From a virus, in the IMG/VR virus record IMGVR_UViG_3300025853_000058, positions 12,277 through 76,276 of that record: 64,000 nt of DNA. The stretch is one strand, 5' to 3'. The first letter of the stretch is position 1; every line of letters begins with the position of its first letter. The position numbers and the translations under genes are program-made. Below the pieces are notes generated by a model. It made no database searches. It was given only the letters and a program-made list of their open reading frames with translations, and had not been told where the DNA came from. This document shows, in pieces, positions 18,602 to 28,703 of this stretch.

Positions 18602-18995
18602 TAAACCACCCCTGTTTGAATTTATCTAATTCCTTTCTTGAAGTAAAGTATCTTGGTGTATCTAAATCATCAAGTCTATTAACAATCCAACAAGCACCAC
18701 CTAAAGAAGATACTTGAACTACCTCATATTGCCCATCATTTACATTAATTACTTCAATAGTATTCATTTCTGGAACTAAACCATAAGTCTTTGTGATTTC
18801 ACTTGCTACTTCATGGATATTATCAACAACATACTTAATGATGTGCGCTCGCTGAATAGGAATCTTAGGAGCAACCTTGATTGATAACTTACCTTTCATT
18901 CCACAAACCTTACATTTGTTTCCTTCACAAATAGGACAAGGTATTTCAGCATTATGAGGTGCTGGTAATGTCACTGTCACTGCTCTCTTTTTCAT
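18594..18995 (-). CDS. protein with DnaJ-type zinc-finger fragment
   Basis: CPICEG..CKVCGMKG; directly downstream of groEL. Confidence 0.55.
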   Translation of the reverse strand: MKKRAVTVTLPAPHNAEIPCPICEGNKCKVCGMKGKLSIKVAPKIPIQRAHIIKYVVDNIHEVASEITKTYGLVPEMNTIEVINVNDGQYEVVQVSSLGGACWIVNRLDDLDTPRYFTSRKELDKFKQGWFNE

Positions 18996-18996
18996 A

Positions 18997-20508
18997 TTAT
19001 TCCTCCAAAAGAACAGCAACTTCAGTAGTTAAGAACAATGAAGCAATTGAAATAGCCGCATTAAAACTTCCCTTAGTCACCTTTACAGGGTCAATAACTC
19101 CCGCTTCAAACAAATCTTCATACTTTTCAGTAAGAGCATTATAACCATAGTGCGGGTTTCCATTTTGGAATACAGGAAAAGGTACATCACCATGACCACC
19201 ATTTTGCAGTAAAACTTCGGCAGGTTCAGACAGTGCATCATAAACAATCTTATGTCCGGTCTTTTCAATTGCTAGGTTCTTTCTAGCATTTAGCAAACCA
19301 TATCCACCACCAACAATAATGCCTTCAGCAAGTGCGGCCTTAGTTGCATTTAGAGCATCATCCAACCGTTCTTTCTTTTCACGCATTTCAAGAGATGAAG
19401 ATGCACCAATTTGAATTGTAGCGATACCTCCACTCAATCGAGAGATTCGCTTCTTCAAACGCTTCTTATCAAAATCATCATCAATTGTATCGAATACTGA
19501 CTTAAGAGTATTGATTCTCTCATCAGCAGAATTACCTCCAATAATAGTAGTGGATTCTTTTGTAATGATAATCTTCTCACAACTACCAAGTTCATCAAGA
19601 GTCACCAATTCGGGGTCGTCTTTGCTTTCATCAGTATAAAGTCTACCACCAACAATAGAAACAATGTCACCAAGTTCATCTAATTGAGCATCACCAAAAT
19701 TAGGTGCGGTGACAACAGCAACTTCAATTGTCTTTTGTAGAATATTCATAATGATATTGTTTAATGCTGTACCATCCATTCCTTTAACGAATAGAACAAT
19801 TGGTCGCTTTTCTACTGCGGCCATTTCCAACATTGGCAATACTTCTGAAAAATTCTTCATAGCCAAATTAGAAGTAAAGATAAGAGGGTTAGTGAATGTT
19901 GTTTTACCATCTTCACCATTAGCCATTAAATGACTTAAGTACCCTTCATCAATCTCCAAACCTTTACGAATAACCATACTCGTTCTATGGCTATTTGATT
20001 CTTCAACAGTAATAATTCCATCACGCCCGACTCCTTCCAAAGCAGTGCTAATTAGACCACCAAGATATGCGTCATTGTTTGCGGCAATAGTAGCGACATT
20101 CATAATATCAGCATCACCAATATCACAAGCCATCATTTCAAGGTGTTCAATAACAATGTTCTGTGCTTCTTTCAATTCCCTAGAAAGAGTATGAAGGTTC
20201 GCAACATCAGCATTATTGATTTGTTCACACAATGCTCTCGCAATAACACAAGCAGTTGTTGTTCCATCACCGGAATTGTCTTGTGCTTTATTTGCCAAGT
20301 TTTGAACCATTTGAACACCCATTTGAACATAAGGGTCTTCATGTGAAACATACTTCGTAATAGTCACACCATCGTTAATAATGACAGGCGGACTACCTTG
20401 AAGAATTACTGTCTTTGCTTGTGGCCCAAGTGTAGGTAATACTGTATCAGCAACCAAATTAATTCCTTGTAGTAGTTTTTCTTTAACTTTTTCTCCATGT
20501 ATAATCAT
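18997..20508 (-). CDS. groEL: group I chaperonin GroEL
   Basis: TLGP, NDGVTI, GDGTTT, APNFGD, KKERLDDALNATKAA, GGG, GVIDPVKV. Confidence 0.96.
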   Translation of the reverse strand: MIIHGEKVKEKLLQGINLVADTVLPTLGPQAKTVILQGSPPVIINDGVTITKYVSHEDPYVQMGVQMVQNLANKAQDNSGDGTTTACVIARALCEQINNADVANLHTLSRELKEAQNIVIEHLEMMACDIGDADIMNVATIAANNDAYLGGLISTALEGVGRDGIITVEESNSHRTSMVIRKGLEIDEGYLSHLMANGEDGKTTFTNPLIFTSNLAMKNFSEVLPMLEMAAVEKRPIVLFVKGMDGTALNNIIMNILQKTIEVAVVTAPNFGDAQLDELGDIVSIVGGRLYTDESKDDPELVTLDELGSCEKIIITKESTTIIGGNSADERINTLKSVFDTIDDDFDKKRLKKRISRLSGGIATIQIGASSSLEMREKKERLDDALNATKAALAEGIIVGGGYGLLNARKNLAIEKTGHKIVYDALSEPAEVLLQNGGHGDVPFPVFQNGNPHYGYNALTEKYEDLFEAGVIDPVKVTKGSFNAAISIASLFLTTEVAVLLEE

Positions 20509-20521
20509 ATCTTATTCCTCC

Positions 20522-20854
20522 TTAAAACGATTTGCCATGCATATATTCACGGCTTTGATTGTATTCAATCTTAGCGAGAATCGCACCCGCTATATCCAAA
20601 TCCATACCAAACGAATAATCCATAATACGAATTACAGCGTCGGCTAATTCTTCTTCAAGAGAAGAAAACTCAATAATCTTACTTGATGAAGGGTTTCCAT
20701 CTCTAAGAGCCTCAAGTGCTTCACTAATTTCAGCATGGATTAAAGCCATGCGTTCACCATCATTAGGTTCTTCTTTCCAAAAACCATGATTAACGGCATT
20801 CATATAGACTTTCTTTGATACACTATTCCAATGTCTTTCAAAATGACTCATCAT
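20522..20854 (-). CDS. MazG-like NTP pyrophosphohydrolase
   Basis: LIHAEISEALEA...EELADAVIR...K..YN..R. Confidence 0.85.
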   Translation of the reverse strand: MMSHFERHWNSVSKKVYMNAVNHGFWKEEPNDGERMALIHAEISEALEALRDGNPSSSKIIEFSSLEEELADAVIRIMDYSFGMDLDIAGAILAKIEYNQSREYMHGKSF

Positions 20855-21087
20855 TCATCACCTTCATAGGCATAAATCTTAGTAAAGGGTACAACAGTTA
20901 AAGAACCAATCATTTGATACTTAGTTCCTGTATTATCAAAATACACTGTTTTACCTACCAAGTATTCGTATTCCTTGCTAGTGCTTAGACACTTACCTTT
21001 ATTATCGGCTTTGCTAATAATACCACTACTTCGACTTGTTTGTTCTGTTTCAACAAGAATCCAATCTCCGCAACCTCTTAAAATCAT
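20851..21087 (-). CDS. groES: co-chaperonin GroES-like
   Basis: LRGCGDWILVE...SSGII...VGKTVYF; near groEL. Confidence 0.7.
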   Translation of the reverse strand: MILRGCGDWILVETEQTSRSSGIISKADNKGKCLSTSKEYEYLVGKTVYFDNTGTKYQMIGSLTVVPFTKIYAYEGDE

Positions 21088-21336
21088 TCAATCCATCCCC
21101 CGTCGTTGAGGCCAAGAAGATGCTAAGTTTGTTTCAGCGATTACTCGAAGCGATGCAAATAACTTTTTACGCTTATCTTCTGCTTTCTCAGAATTATCTG
21201 ACAAAGTGCTTTCTAATTCATCTACAATCCTATGGATAATTGTCGCAGTTTCTTCATCTATATCATCATAGCCATTTTCTTCTACGGTATTAATCCAATT
21301 AAATAATTGTGCAATTCTTTCTTCCCAATTAATCAT
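21088..21336 (-). CDS. hypothetical protein
   Basis: Probable start MINWEER after a GGAGGAAGAAGAATGA junction. Confidence 0.5.
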   Translation of the reverse strand: MINWEERIAQLFNWINTVEENGYDDIDEETATIIHRIVDELESTLSDNSEKAEDKRKKLFASLRVIAETNLASSWPQRRGMD

Positions 21337-21605
21337 TCTTCTTCCTCCTTTCCAGCAATTCGAACCCAAGCCTTATTCATGTCTTTATCAACAAATGTAT
21401 AAACATGGGTCTTATAGAACTTTTTGAGTTCTGCTGTCCTTTTGCCAGCCTTTCCCCAAGTCACCCCACGCTCGGTTTTGGGAACATTGGAATCTGAGGG
21501 ATGCCGACTCGAATGTTTTTCTGCCCTTTCAGTTAAGGTAATAAATTCATATTCCTGCATTGGCCTATCTTGATTTTTGTACATTGTGCTAATTCCTTCT
21601 TTCAT
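21333..21605 (-). CDS. hypothetical protein
   Basis: ATGA-coupled ORF. Confidence 0.55.
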   Translation of the reverse strand: MKEGISTMYKNQDRPMQEYEFITLTERAEKHSSRHPSDSNVPKTERGVTWGKAGKRTAELKKFYKTHVYTFVDKDMNKAWVRIAGKEEEE

Positions 21606-22138
21606 TCTTCTTCACTTCCATTCTTGTATTGTGTTGTGTATAATCCATTTTTATGAATACATAATTCATTTGGGGTGGATTGTTCCCAATGTCCGAAATG
21701 TTCGGGACCACCTAAAACATAGGCACTTTCCATCAATGGTTCCCAAATAGAAACAGTTCTCCAATCAGTACCACTGAAATATGCGGCTCCAAAAGGATGA
21801 GTATGAATCCAGCACTTTACAGGTAGTTTCATACCAACAGGGTCAATCTTAAAATCAACAAAACCTGCTGTTCCGTAAGAGATATGTAGTTTATCTCCAC
21901 CATCAACAACTACTTGAACTTCAAGCCCATTTAGAATAACAGTTGATGCTTTCCAAATAGAAAGGTGAAAGAACTCATTCGTAAAGTCCTTGTCTGCTCT
22001 AATGTATTCTTCCATAATAGAAGATTCAATAGCATCTTGAAAGAATGCTCGTTCTTCCACCATATCCTCAAATGCTTGAATACTTTGCTTATCCATCTCT
22101 TCCAAATAATCAGGGTCATAACTACTCATTTTAAACAC
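21602..22138 (-). CDS. JAB/MPN+ (JAMM) metalloprotease, Ubl deconjugase-like
   Basis: Upstream Glu (GLEVQ) and WIHTHPFGAAYFSGTD (HxH...SxxD JAMM motif). Confidence 0.85.
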   Translation of the reverse strand: MFKMSSYDPDYLEEMDKQSIQAFEDMVEERAFFQDAIESSIMEEYIRADKDFTNEFFHLSIWKASTVILNGLEVQVVVDGGDKLHISYGTAGFVDFKIDPVGMKLPVKCWIHTHPFGAAYFSGTDWRTVSIWEPLMESAYVLGGPEHFGHWEQSTPNELCIHKNGLYTTQYKNGSEEE

Positions 22139-23270
22139 CTCGCAACTTGTTCAACTTCTTCTCCAACTTGGCCGCCTTCTTAGCCTTTCGTGCTATTCTA
22201 CGACGCTTCCAACGGCTCATATTGGTATTCTTAGCCTCTTCCTTCTTTCGCTTTGAAATGACTTTAGCGGCCTTCTTAAGCATAGCAATATGTTCAGGTT
22301 GTTCACTATCAACAATCATTTCTAACCTTTGAGCAAGTGAAGCATAACTTCGACCAAATTGATTTCTTGCTTCATCAATTGACAATTCATAGAAATTACA
22401 CAAGAGTTCAAATTCCTCTTCATTTTTCCAATGCTTTTGGCTTCTTTCGTGCTTTCGTTCTGGAAGTGCTTCCAATACTTCATTTACTTCCCTAAACATT
22501 TTCTTCTCAGCGTTTGAAAGATGGCGAGTGGTTGGATTACCATGCTTTTCAACAAAGACTTCAATCTTTTCAGGTAGTGTTTCCGCCTTTGGCCTAATCT
22601 CATTTTTCTTAACTAGAATATCCTTAATCATTTGACGCTTAAAAGAAATATACTTTGAAGTTTGTCCACCTTTCTTAAGTTTAGACCATCGAGCAGAAAT
22701 CGAAAACTTAGTCCTGTTATCGAATGAATCAACGAGTTCTTCGCAAACAGACTTTTTCATTCCGTTTGTGATTTCACAATCATACATTTTTTGAAGCAAA
22801 ATTTTGTCTTCTGCGGCACTCCATCTTTTTTGATTTCTTGGTGTGTGTTTACTAACAACCTTTACAGTAGATTTTTTCGTTTGTTGGTTTTCACCAACAA
22901 GTTCGGAAATTGCGTTTCGCAGGAATGATTTACTCAACTGTCCTTTAAGTGAACTAGAGTACAATGTGTTAGTAATAGTATTAATATCCTTCTTGGTAGT
23001 ATTATCGTCAGTTGTTAGGTTGGCGTAGTATCTACACTGTTTCTTTGTTGCTGGCTCATAATTTTCTGGTATTTTCATTTCTTCTTCCTCCTTATTTTGA
23101 TTTTGTTTTTCGACGAACCATACTATTTTATTACGGATATTCGCCCCTGTTTTCTTAACAGAATATGTTTGTTCTAACCTCCTTGCAATAGCGTTCCAAG
23201 TTAATCCTTCTTCTCTTAATTTTAAAACAAATTCAATTTGTTCGTCTGTCCATTTATTATATTTATTCAT
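22131..23270 (-). CDS. Myb/SANT-like HTH repeat protein
   Basis: Three W-[TSK]-x-x-[EQ] repeats: KWTDEQIEF, RWSAAEDKIL, HWKNEEEFEL...GRSYASL..RL. Confidence 0.6.
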   Translation of the reverse strand: MNKYNKWTDEQIEFVLKLREEGLTWNAIARRLEQTYSVKKTGANIRNKIVWFVEKQNQNKEEEEMKIPENYEPATKKQCRYYANLTTDDNTTKKDINTITNTLYSSSLKGQLSKSFLRNAISELVGENQQTKKSTVKVVSKHTPRNQKRWSAAEDKILLQKMYDCEITNGMKKSVCEELVDSFDNRTKFSISARWSKLKKGGQTSKYISFKRQMIKDILVKKNEIRPKAETLPEKIEVFVEKHGNPTTRHLSNAEKKMFREVNEVLEALPERKHERSQKHWKNEEEFELLCNFYELSIDEARNQFGRSYASLAQRLEMIVDSEQPEHIAMLKKAAKVISKRKKEEAKNTNMSRWKRRRIARKAKKAAKLEKKLNKLRGV

Positions 23271-23824
23271 ACATTCACAACCTTATATTGGCATACTTCT
23301 TCTTGATTCATATATCTTTGAATCCATTGTGCGCCCATTCCTGCAATAACAATTTGCATAAAATGAACGGCTTTGTTTGTTCCATCCCAAGAATCTCCTT
23401 GACAACTAAATGACCCATCTTTACCTGCTAAAAGCGTATCGTACATTTTGGGGTCGGCTTGATAACTAACAAGGGCGGCGTTCCTACCTTGCGCCCGTAA
23501 GTCTAACCACTTAATACTTGTGTTGTAAAGGGTTCGTCTAACCGACAAATTATCCACACAACAGATAACCAAGTCATAACCAGACATTTGCTTTTCAGTC
23601 AGTATTGGGAACTTTGAGTAGTGGTTCACTGATTCATATTCATTCATCATAACACTAGCCTTATTCTGCCCAACATGACCTCTCTTAAAGTTTTGATATG
23701 TTAAGTTCTTTGTTTCTACAATATCGGGGTCTGCAACAGTAATGTTGTATAGTCCGACTTTATCTAAGTATTGAGTCAAGAATGACCCAATGCCGCCTGT
23801 TCCAATTATTAGTATTTTTCTCAT
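23267..23824 (-). CDS. ThiF/MoeB/E1-like Ubl-activating enzyme
   Basis: IIGTGGIGS, DPDIVETKNLTYQ, GQNKA, CCVDN..R, candidate catalytic Cys in FSCQ. Confidence 0.88.
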   Translation of the reverse strand: MRKILIIGTGGIGSFLTQYLDKVGLYNITVADPDIVETKNLTYQNFKRGHVGQNKASVMMNEYESVNHYSKFPILTEKQMSGYDLVICCVDNLSVRRTLYNTSIKWLDLRAQGRNAALVSYQADPKMYDTLLAGKDGSFSCQGDSWDGTNKAVHFMQIVIAGMGAQWIQRYMNQEEVCQYKVVNV

Positions 23825-23826
23825 AT

Positions 23827-24318
23827 TTATTCCTCCTTATATTTCATTCTTTGTTCTCTCATTTTTTTGTCGTAGTTTTCTTCCCACTTCAAATAGTCCT
23901 CTTCCCACAATATGTGCATATGCCAATCAGCAGAATGTTCTTTCAAACCTTTCCAATCAACTTCCATTGAACAATATTCACAATTTTTATCATCACATAG
24001 TTCGCCGCTTCTTTCTTCTGTGTCAAAACAAAGATAAGAGTCATATTTGAAATAGTATTCAACATGATACCCCTGCTCTCTCCTTTCTTTTACCCACTTA
24101 CTTTCAGGAGTAAGAGGCAAAACATCATATTCAGCAACTATGTGAATTTCACAAACAGGACAATCCCATTCAGTTTCTGCCAAATGCCATTCTTCAATAG
24201 GCATAGTGTGGGTTCTTAGAAGAACTTCTGCCTTTTCACGACAATATGGGCAATCACTTTGTAGGTTTTTCATAGTCTCAACTATGTTGTTTTCCCTTTC
24301 AATCTCAAATTCATTCAT
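23827..24318 (-). CDS. Cys-rich zinc-binding protein
   Basis: CPYC, CPVC, CDDKNCEYC. Confidence 0.55.
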   Translation of the reverse strand: MNEFEIERENNIVETMKNLQSDCPYCREKAEVLLRTHTMPIEEWHLAETEWDCPVCEIHIVAEYDVLPLTPESKWVKERREQGYHVEYYFKYDSYLCFDTEERSGELCDDKNCEYCSMEVDWKGLKEHSADWHMHILWEEDYLKWEENYDKKMREQRMKYKEE

Positions 24319-25177
24319 TCTTATTCTCTCCTAATTCACTAAATTGTTTGCCTTTTACTTGGGCACAAGTTGAAAGACCTATTAATCCTAAAAGGTCTTT
24401 CGTTTGTTGTTGTATTGCTGACCTTGAAACTTCTGTCTTTTCAGAAATAATAGTCAGTGTTATTTTTGGATAAACAAAGATATTCTTTGAAATCCAACAA
24501 ATGCTTTCATAGTAAGCATTTCTTTTATTATATTCTCGCTTTATAACAATAGACTCAAAGAACTCTAAAGTTTCCAGACATTGTGAAACGAATACTAAAT
24601 CGCTACTTATTTGATTAGCCGATTTCTTTAGAAGAAACATAGGGTCTGGTTGCATATGCTTGGCATTACCACCATAATGTTTCTTGATTCTTCTAATCAA
24701 TCGGTTTATGCTTTTTCCGCCACAGTTAAATTCTTCACACGCCGCTTTCAACTTAACAGGTGTTCTATTCTCAAATAAAACAAACCAAGCCACAGCAGTT
24801 CCTCTTACTTCCAAAGAAGCAGAAGAAAAGATATTCTTAGCGTGTAATTCACGATACAGAATACCGGCTCTATCTCTTAGAGATGTTTCAGTCACACCTA
24901 AAGAAGAAAGAACTATTTGTGAAAATACAACACCTTTTCTTAGGTGTCCATCCTTTGATACAAAACGGTTTTGAGTATTTGCTAACTTGCTATATCCTTT
25001 AATGTTGCTTCCTAAGATACCTTTGTCTGGTGAGCGTGTCACTTCTTCATTGGTTTGTATTCTTACAGACTGTTCAAACAACTCGGTTGCTACTATCAGC
25101 CCACAGTATTGACAGGCAGTTTCGCCTATAATTTCATCATACTCAAAATCATTCCCTTTGCATTCTACACATCTCAT
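24311..25177 (-). CDS. tfb: transcription factor B (TFB/TFIIB)-like
   Basis: N-terminal Zn ribbon CVEC...GETACQYCGLIV followed by two cyclin-like repeats. Confidence 0.8.
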   Translation of the reverse strand: MRCVECKGNDFEYDEIIGETACQYCGLIVATELFEQSVRIQTNEEVTRSPDKGILGSNIKGYSKLANTQNRFVSKDGHLRKGVVFSQIVLSSLGVTETSLRDRAGILYRELHAKNIFSSASLEVRGTAVAWFVLFENRTPVKLKAACEEFNCGGKSINRLIRRIKKHYGGNAKHMQPDPMFLLKKSANQISSDLVFVSQCLETLEFFESIVIKREYNKRNAYYESICWISKNIFVYPKITLTIISEKTEVSRSAIQQQTKDLLGLIGLSTCAQVKGKQFSELGENKNE

Positions 25178-26312
25178 TAAAATCCTTCCTATTTTTATTT
25201 GGTTCCGATACTATGTATCGCTTAATTGTATTTACAATCTGTATTGTCATATTGTCATTTAATAGAGCCATCGCTCTTGCGGCAAATTGGTCGCCAAGAG
25301 ATGAACCCCTTGACATATTATCAATACATATTGGTCCCTTCCAAACCCACTTACATAAGTCTATGGGTATTGGTTGGTTGCCTTCATCTAATTCCATTTT
25401 AGGTTGCGAAACAAAAGTTGAAACCTTTTGTATATCGCTTTTAAATTGGTTGTCTGAAATAAGCCAATCATAATGATTACCTTTAATATACAAAGCAGTA
25501 GGGTTTTTACCGTCTTCCATAATCAATTTTAGCCTTTCGCTGTATTGTTCTGCCATTTCAGTTAGAAGTTGAACGGCTCTTTCTTCAACAATATCTTGCT
25601 GTCTGTTTTGCTTAAGAAATTCCCTCATCAAATGAAGTTCATTTTCAGTAGGTTCCCTACCAATAACGAAAGTATAAAGTTTCTTTATACCGAAATAGGC
25701 AAATTTTGATTTTTTCCTACCATCAATAAAGAACTTGCACATATTATCCAAATCTCGATTTTTGATAGTACCCCAAACACCATCGGATATTTCAATCGCA
25801 CATTCTTTATCCGAAATTTGTTGAACTGCTAACCTAACCTCAATCTTTTTGAAGTCACTAAAGAAGTGATAAGGCATTCTGTTTTCAAGACAATACTTAG
25901 TACGCTCGCTCAAAGATAGAACAGTCATTAAAGACTTCATTAATTTAACACTATCTGTTTCTCTAATAGCAGAAAAGGTCACTCTTGCTAAAGCATTTGT
26001 GATAGTGCTTAGTGCTTCACCTTTACCGTTCAAATAATATCTATTTCCTTTCAATTCTAAAGCCACAGGCAACGAACCAATGTATATTAGAAATGGCCCT
26101 TTTGACCAACGAACATTATTCCTTTGGTCTTTTCTAGATAATATCTTTCTCCACCAACCAACTAGTCCTGAATGAACAGGGTCTTTATCGTTTCTGTTAT
26201 ATGTGACAAACTGTTCTTTTGAGTACCAATGTATATTTTCGGAGGAAATTTCAACAGGGTTAAAATAATCTCTACTATCATCGGGTTTTTTAATTTTTAA
26301 TTTTATTGTCAT
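25149..26312 (-). CDS. hypothetical protein with C-terminal GPICID...GDQ...ALLND motif (candidate Ubl-system partner)
   Basis: 387-aa ORF upstream of TFB and E1; function inferred from context only. Confidence 0.5.
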   Translation of the reverse strand: MTIKLKIKKPDDSRDYFNPVEISSENIHWYSKEQFVTYNRNDKDPVHSGLVGWWRKILSRKDQRNNVRWSKGPFLIYIGSLPVALELKGNRYYLNGKGEALSTITNALARVTFSAIRETDSVKLMKSLMTVLSLSERTKYCLENRMPYHFFSDFKKIEVRLAVQQISDKECAIEISDGVWGTIKNRDLDNMCKFFIDGRKKSKFAYFGIKKLYTFVIGREPTENELHLMREFLKQNRQQDIVEERAVQLLTEMAEQYSERLKLIMEDGKNPTALYIKGNHYDWLISDNQFKSDIQKVSTFVSQPKMELDEGNQPIPIDLCKWVWKGPICIDNMSRGSSLGDQFAARAMALLNDNMTIQIVNTIKRYIVSEPNKNRKDFNEMCRMQRE

Positions 26313-26483
26313 GTAATCACATCATATATATATTGTCAATTTTATTATTACTCGCACATTCTATGTGCATTTCTTTTTTAATTTCTTCTGGTAATAACAA
26401 CTGCCCACCACAAATGCGGCAAGAGGTCGCTATTCTTTTTTTGTAGGCTCTATGGCTTGTGGTGTATTTAGGGTCTTTTTCTT

Positions 26484-26819
26484 TCATCTATTCCACCTGT
26501 AATTTCCTTTACACAATTTGCATTCGTGTCCACATTCGCCTTCATTTGAGGAATGATACATAATAGCATGGTGTCTTACCAAGAGGTTATCATTTAACCA
26601 TGTGTCAAATCCAATTTTTACAGCATCTTCAAATTCCCAAAGAGCCGTATATAGGGTTTGTCTTAGTCTAAATTTTCTATCATCCTCATCATCTAGTTCA
26701 TCACATACTTCTAATGCTAGCAGAAGTTTAATTCGTGAAACATGGGAAAAGTCATCCATTACAGTTAGCAGGCTATTTTTTTGATGGGTGTATGGAAGTT
26801 TAATCCATCTTTCTTCCAT
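26484..26819 (-). CDS. hypothetical protein
   Basis: ORF with C-terminal C/H cluster. Confidence 0.55.
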   Translation of the reverse strand: MEERWIKLPYTHQKNSLLTVMDDFSHVSRIKLLLALEVCDELDDEDDRKFRLRQTLYTALWEFEDAVKIGFDTWLNDNLLVRHHAIMYHSSNEGECGHECKLCKGNYRWNR

Positions 26820-26828
26820 AAGCCCACC

Positions 26829-28703
26829 TCAAATTTCACAAAGCCCGCCAGCGCAAGCAAGTTCACCGGATAAATCAGTATTATCTTCCGACTCAATCAC
26901 TTTAGTCAAATCAATATCTTCCAAAAGGTTATACATTTCTTCGTATTGTTCTTTAGTAATTGTTTCAAATGGTGCTTGTTTATAAGTTCCACCATCATAA
27001 GGAAGAACAGCAAGACCGTTGTAGTAATGTCGATTAAACCACATCCATTCTGCAACATCATCCCATTCATCATCTTTGATTGAGATAGTAGCAGAAACAT
27101 TATGAGTGTTCATACCATCAACATGACCGTTGCGAACCCAACGAATGCTAAATTGTTTTACTCTTTCAAGTAATTCAAATACACTTTCACTTCGAGTAGT
27201 GGCTCCTTCCGGTGCTTTTTGTGGAATGCTAATCACTGCTTGTTCAGTAGGGTTAAAGTATTCATCTTCTACTAATTCAGGATGATTGTTAAGTAGATAA
27301 CCATAAATTGCTTCGTTTTTACCTACACGAATACGACGAATATAGTTTTCGTCATGCCAAGCATGAATACCACTACTTGTTCCAAGAACAAGAGAAGTCG
27401 TTCCTGCCGGTTTAACGCAAGTAATTCGGCTTGCTTCATTAATTCCAATTATCTTAGCGATTCTATGATTTTCAAGTTTTGCTTGAAGTGACGCAGATTC
27501 AATATCTAACTTTTCAACAACATTAGAAGCAATACCTGTCATAGATACACCAAGCAAAGAATCTTTTTCAGTAGTCTTTCGCCAAATATCACGAAGGTAG
27601 TGGAAGTCTGTATATCCAGCCTGTAATGTTCCTAAGAAAGCGGCGGCTTTAACACGGTCTTCTAAATCCTTTTGTCCTTCAACAGTAGAAGCATTTACTT
27701 CTGTTAGATTACAGAATTGGAAAGGTCTTAGTGCAATTTCACAACAAGGATTAGTTCCCCAATCTTTATCATTACTAAAATAAATTCCGGGTTCTCCAGA
27801 ACCACTTAATTGAATCCTTTCCCAAACTTGCATAAAAAATTCTTTATTAATTCTATGTCGTAGTAATACTGCTGAGTTGTTTGCTCTACCCCGTTGTGGA
27901 TTATTAACATACCATTCACCTGCTTTACAAGCAAGCATTTTAGAATCATCAGCACTAAACAGGCTAATCATAGCGGCACGACGAATACCTCCTGCGAGGA
28001 CAGCATCAGCCAAATGGCACATAATATCATGTGCTTGAAGCGAATCAAGTTTAGAACCATTAGGTAGGTTTTGTAAAATACCTTCGACCTTTACTAAACA
28101 TTCACGCAAAGGTTGAGGGCCGGGTGCTTTTCCACCAGAAGTCTTTAATAAAGAACCTTTAGGTCTAATATCAGAATAGTCAAACTTAGGACTATCTTTC
28201 TTTACACCCATATAACATTCCATAAGAACCTTTACTGCGTCAGCCCAACCTTCAATTGAATCATTAATTAAATAGCGGCGTTGTCGAGTATTGTTAGGTT
28301 GTCTTATTTCGGGTAATTGCTCAATATGGTGACGCTGGACAGAATACCCAACCCCCGTTCCACCGAGAAGTAAAAACATAGATTCACTAAAAGCAATATA
28401 GGAGTCAATAGGCAAATAAGCGCAGTTATAAACCCTATTTGGGCTAATCTCCACAGGCTTTCCGCCAAATTGCATAGAACGCATGGACGGTAGAATCTTC
28501 CTTGTTCTAACATAATTTTTGTATATCTCATTTATTTCCTCTCCTAGTTCGGGATATGTTTTGATGTGCATATTTTTATTTCGGGTGACTATCTCATCCC
28601 ATGTTTCTCTTCGTTCACTTTCCGGTAAAAACCTTGCATATTTCATATGTACGGTAATATCGGAGAGTATCTGTATTGCTTTGTTTTCAGTCATAATTAA
28701 CAC
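26829..28703 (-). CDS. nrdJ: class II (adenosylcobalamin-dependent) ribonucleotide reductase
   Basis: YNCAY, GTGVG, GGIRRAA, TNPCCEI, CNLTE, TCVKPAGT, C-terminal ACAGGLCEI; no NrdB in window. Confidence 0.92.
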   Translation of the reverse strand: MLIMTENKAIQILSDITVHMKYARFLPESERRETWDEIVTRNKNMHIKTYPELGEEINEIYKNYVRTRKILPSMRSMQFGGKPVEISPNRVYNCAYLPIDSYIAFSESMFLLLGGTGVGYSVQRHHIEQLPEIRQPNNTRQRRYLINDSIEGWADAVKVLMECYMGVKKDSPKFDYSDIRPKGSLLKTSGGKAPGPQPLRECLVKVEGILQNLPNGSKLDSLQAHDIMCHLADAVLAGGIRRAAMISLFSADDSKMLACKAGEWYVNNPQRGRANNSAVLLRHRINKEFFMQVWERIQLSGSGEPGIYFSNDKDWGTNPCCEIALRPFQFCNLTEVNASTVEGQKDLEDRVKAAAFLGTLQAGYTDFHYLRDIWRKTTEKDSLLGVSMTGIASNVVEKLDIESASLQAKLENHRIAKIIGINEASRITCVKPAGTTSLVLGTSSGIHAWHDENYIRRIRVGKNEAIYGYLLNNHPELVEDEYFNPTEQAVISIPQKAPEGATTRSESVFELLERVKQFSIRWVRNGHVDGMNTHNVSATISIKDDEWDDVAEWMWFNRHYYNGLAVLPYDGGTYKQAPFETITKEQYEEMYNLLEDIDLTKVIESEDNTDLSGELACAGGLCEI

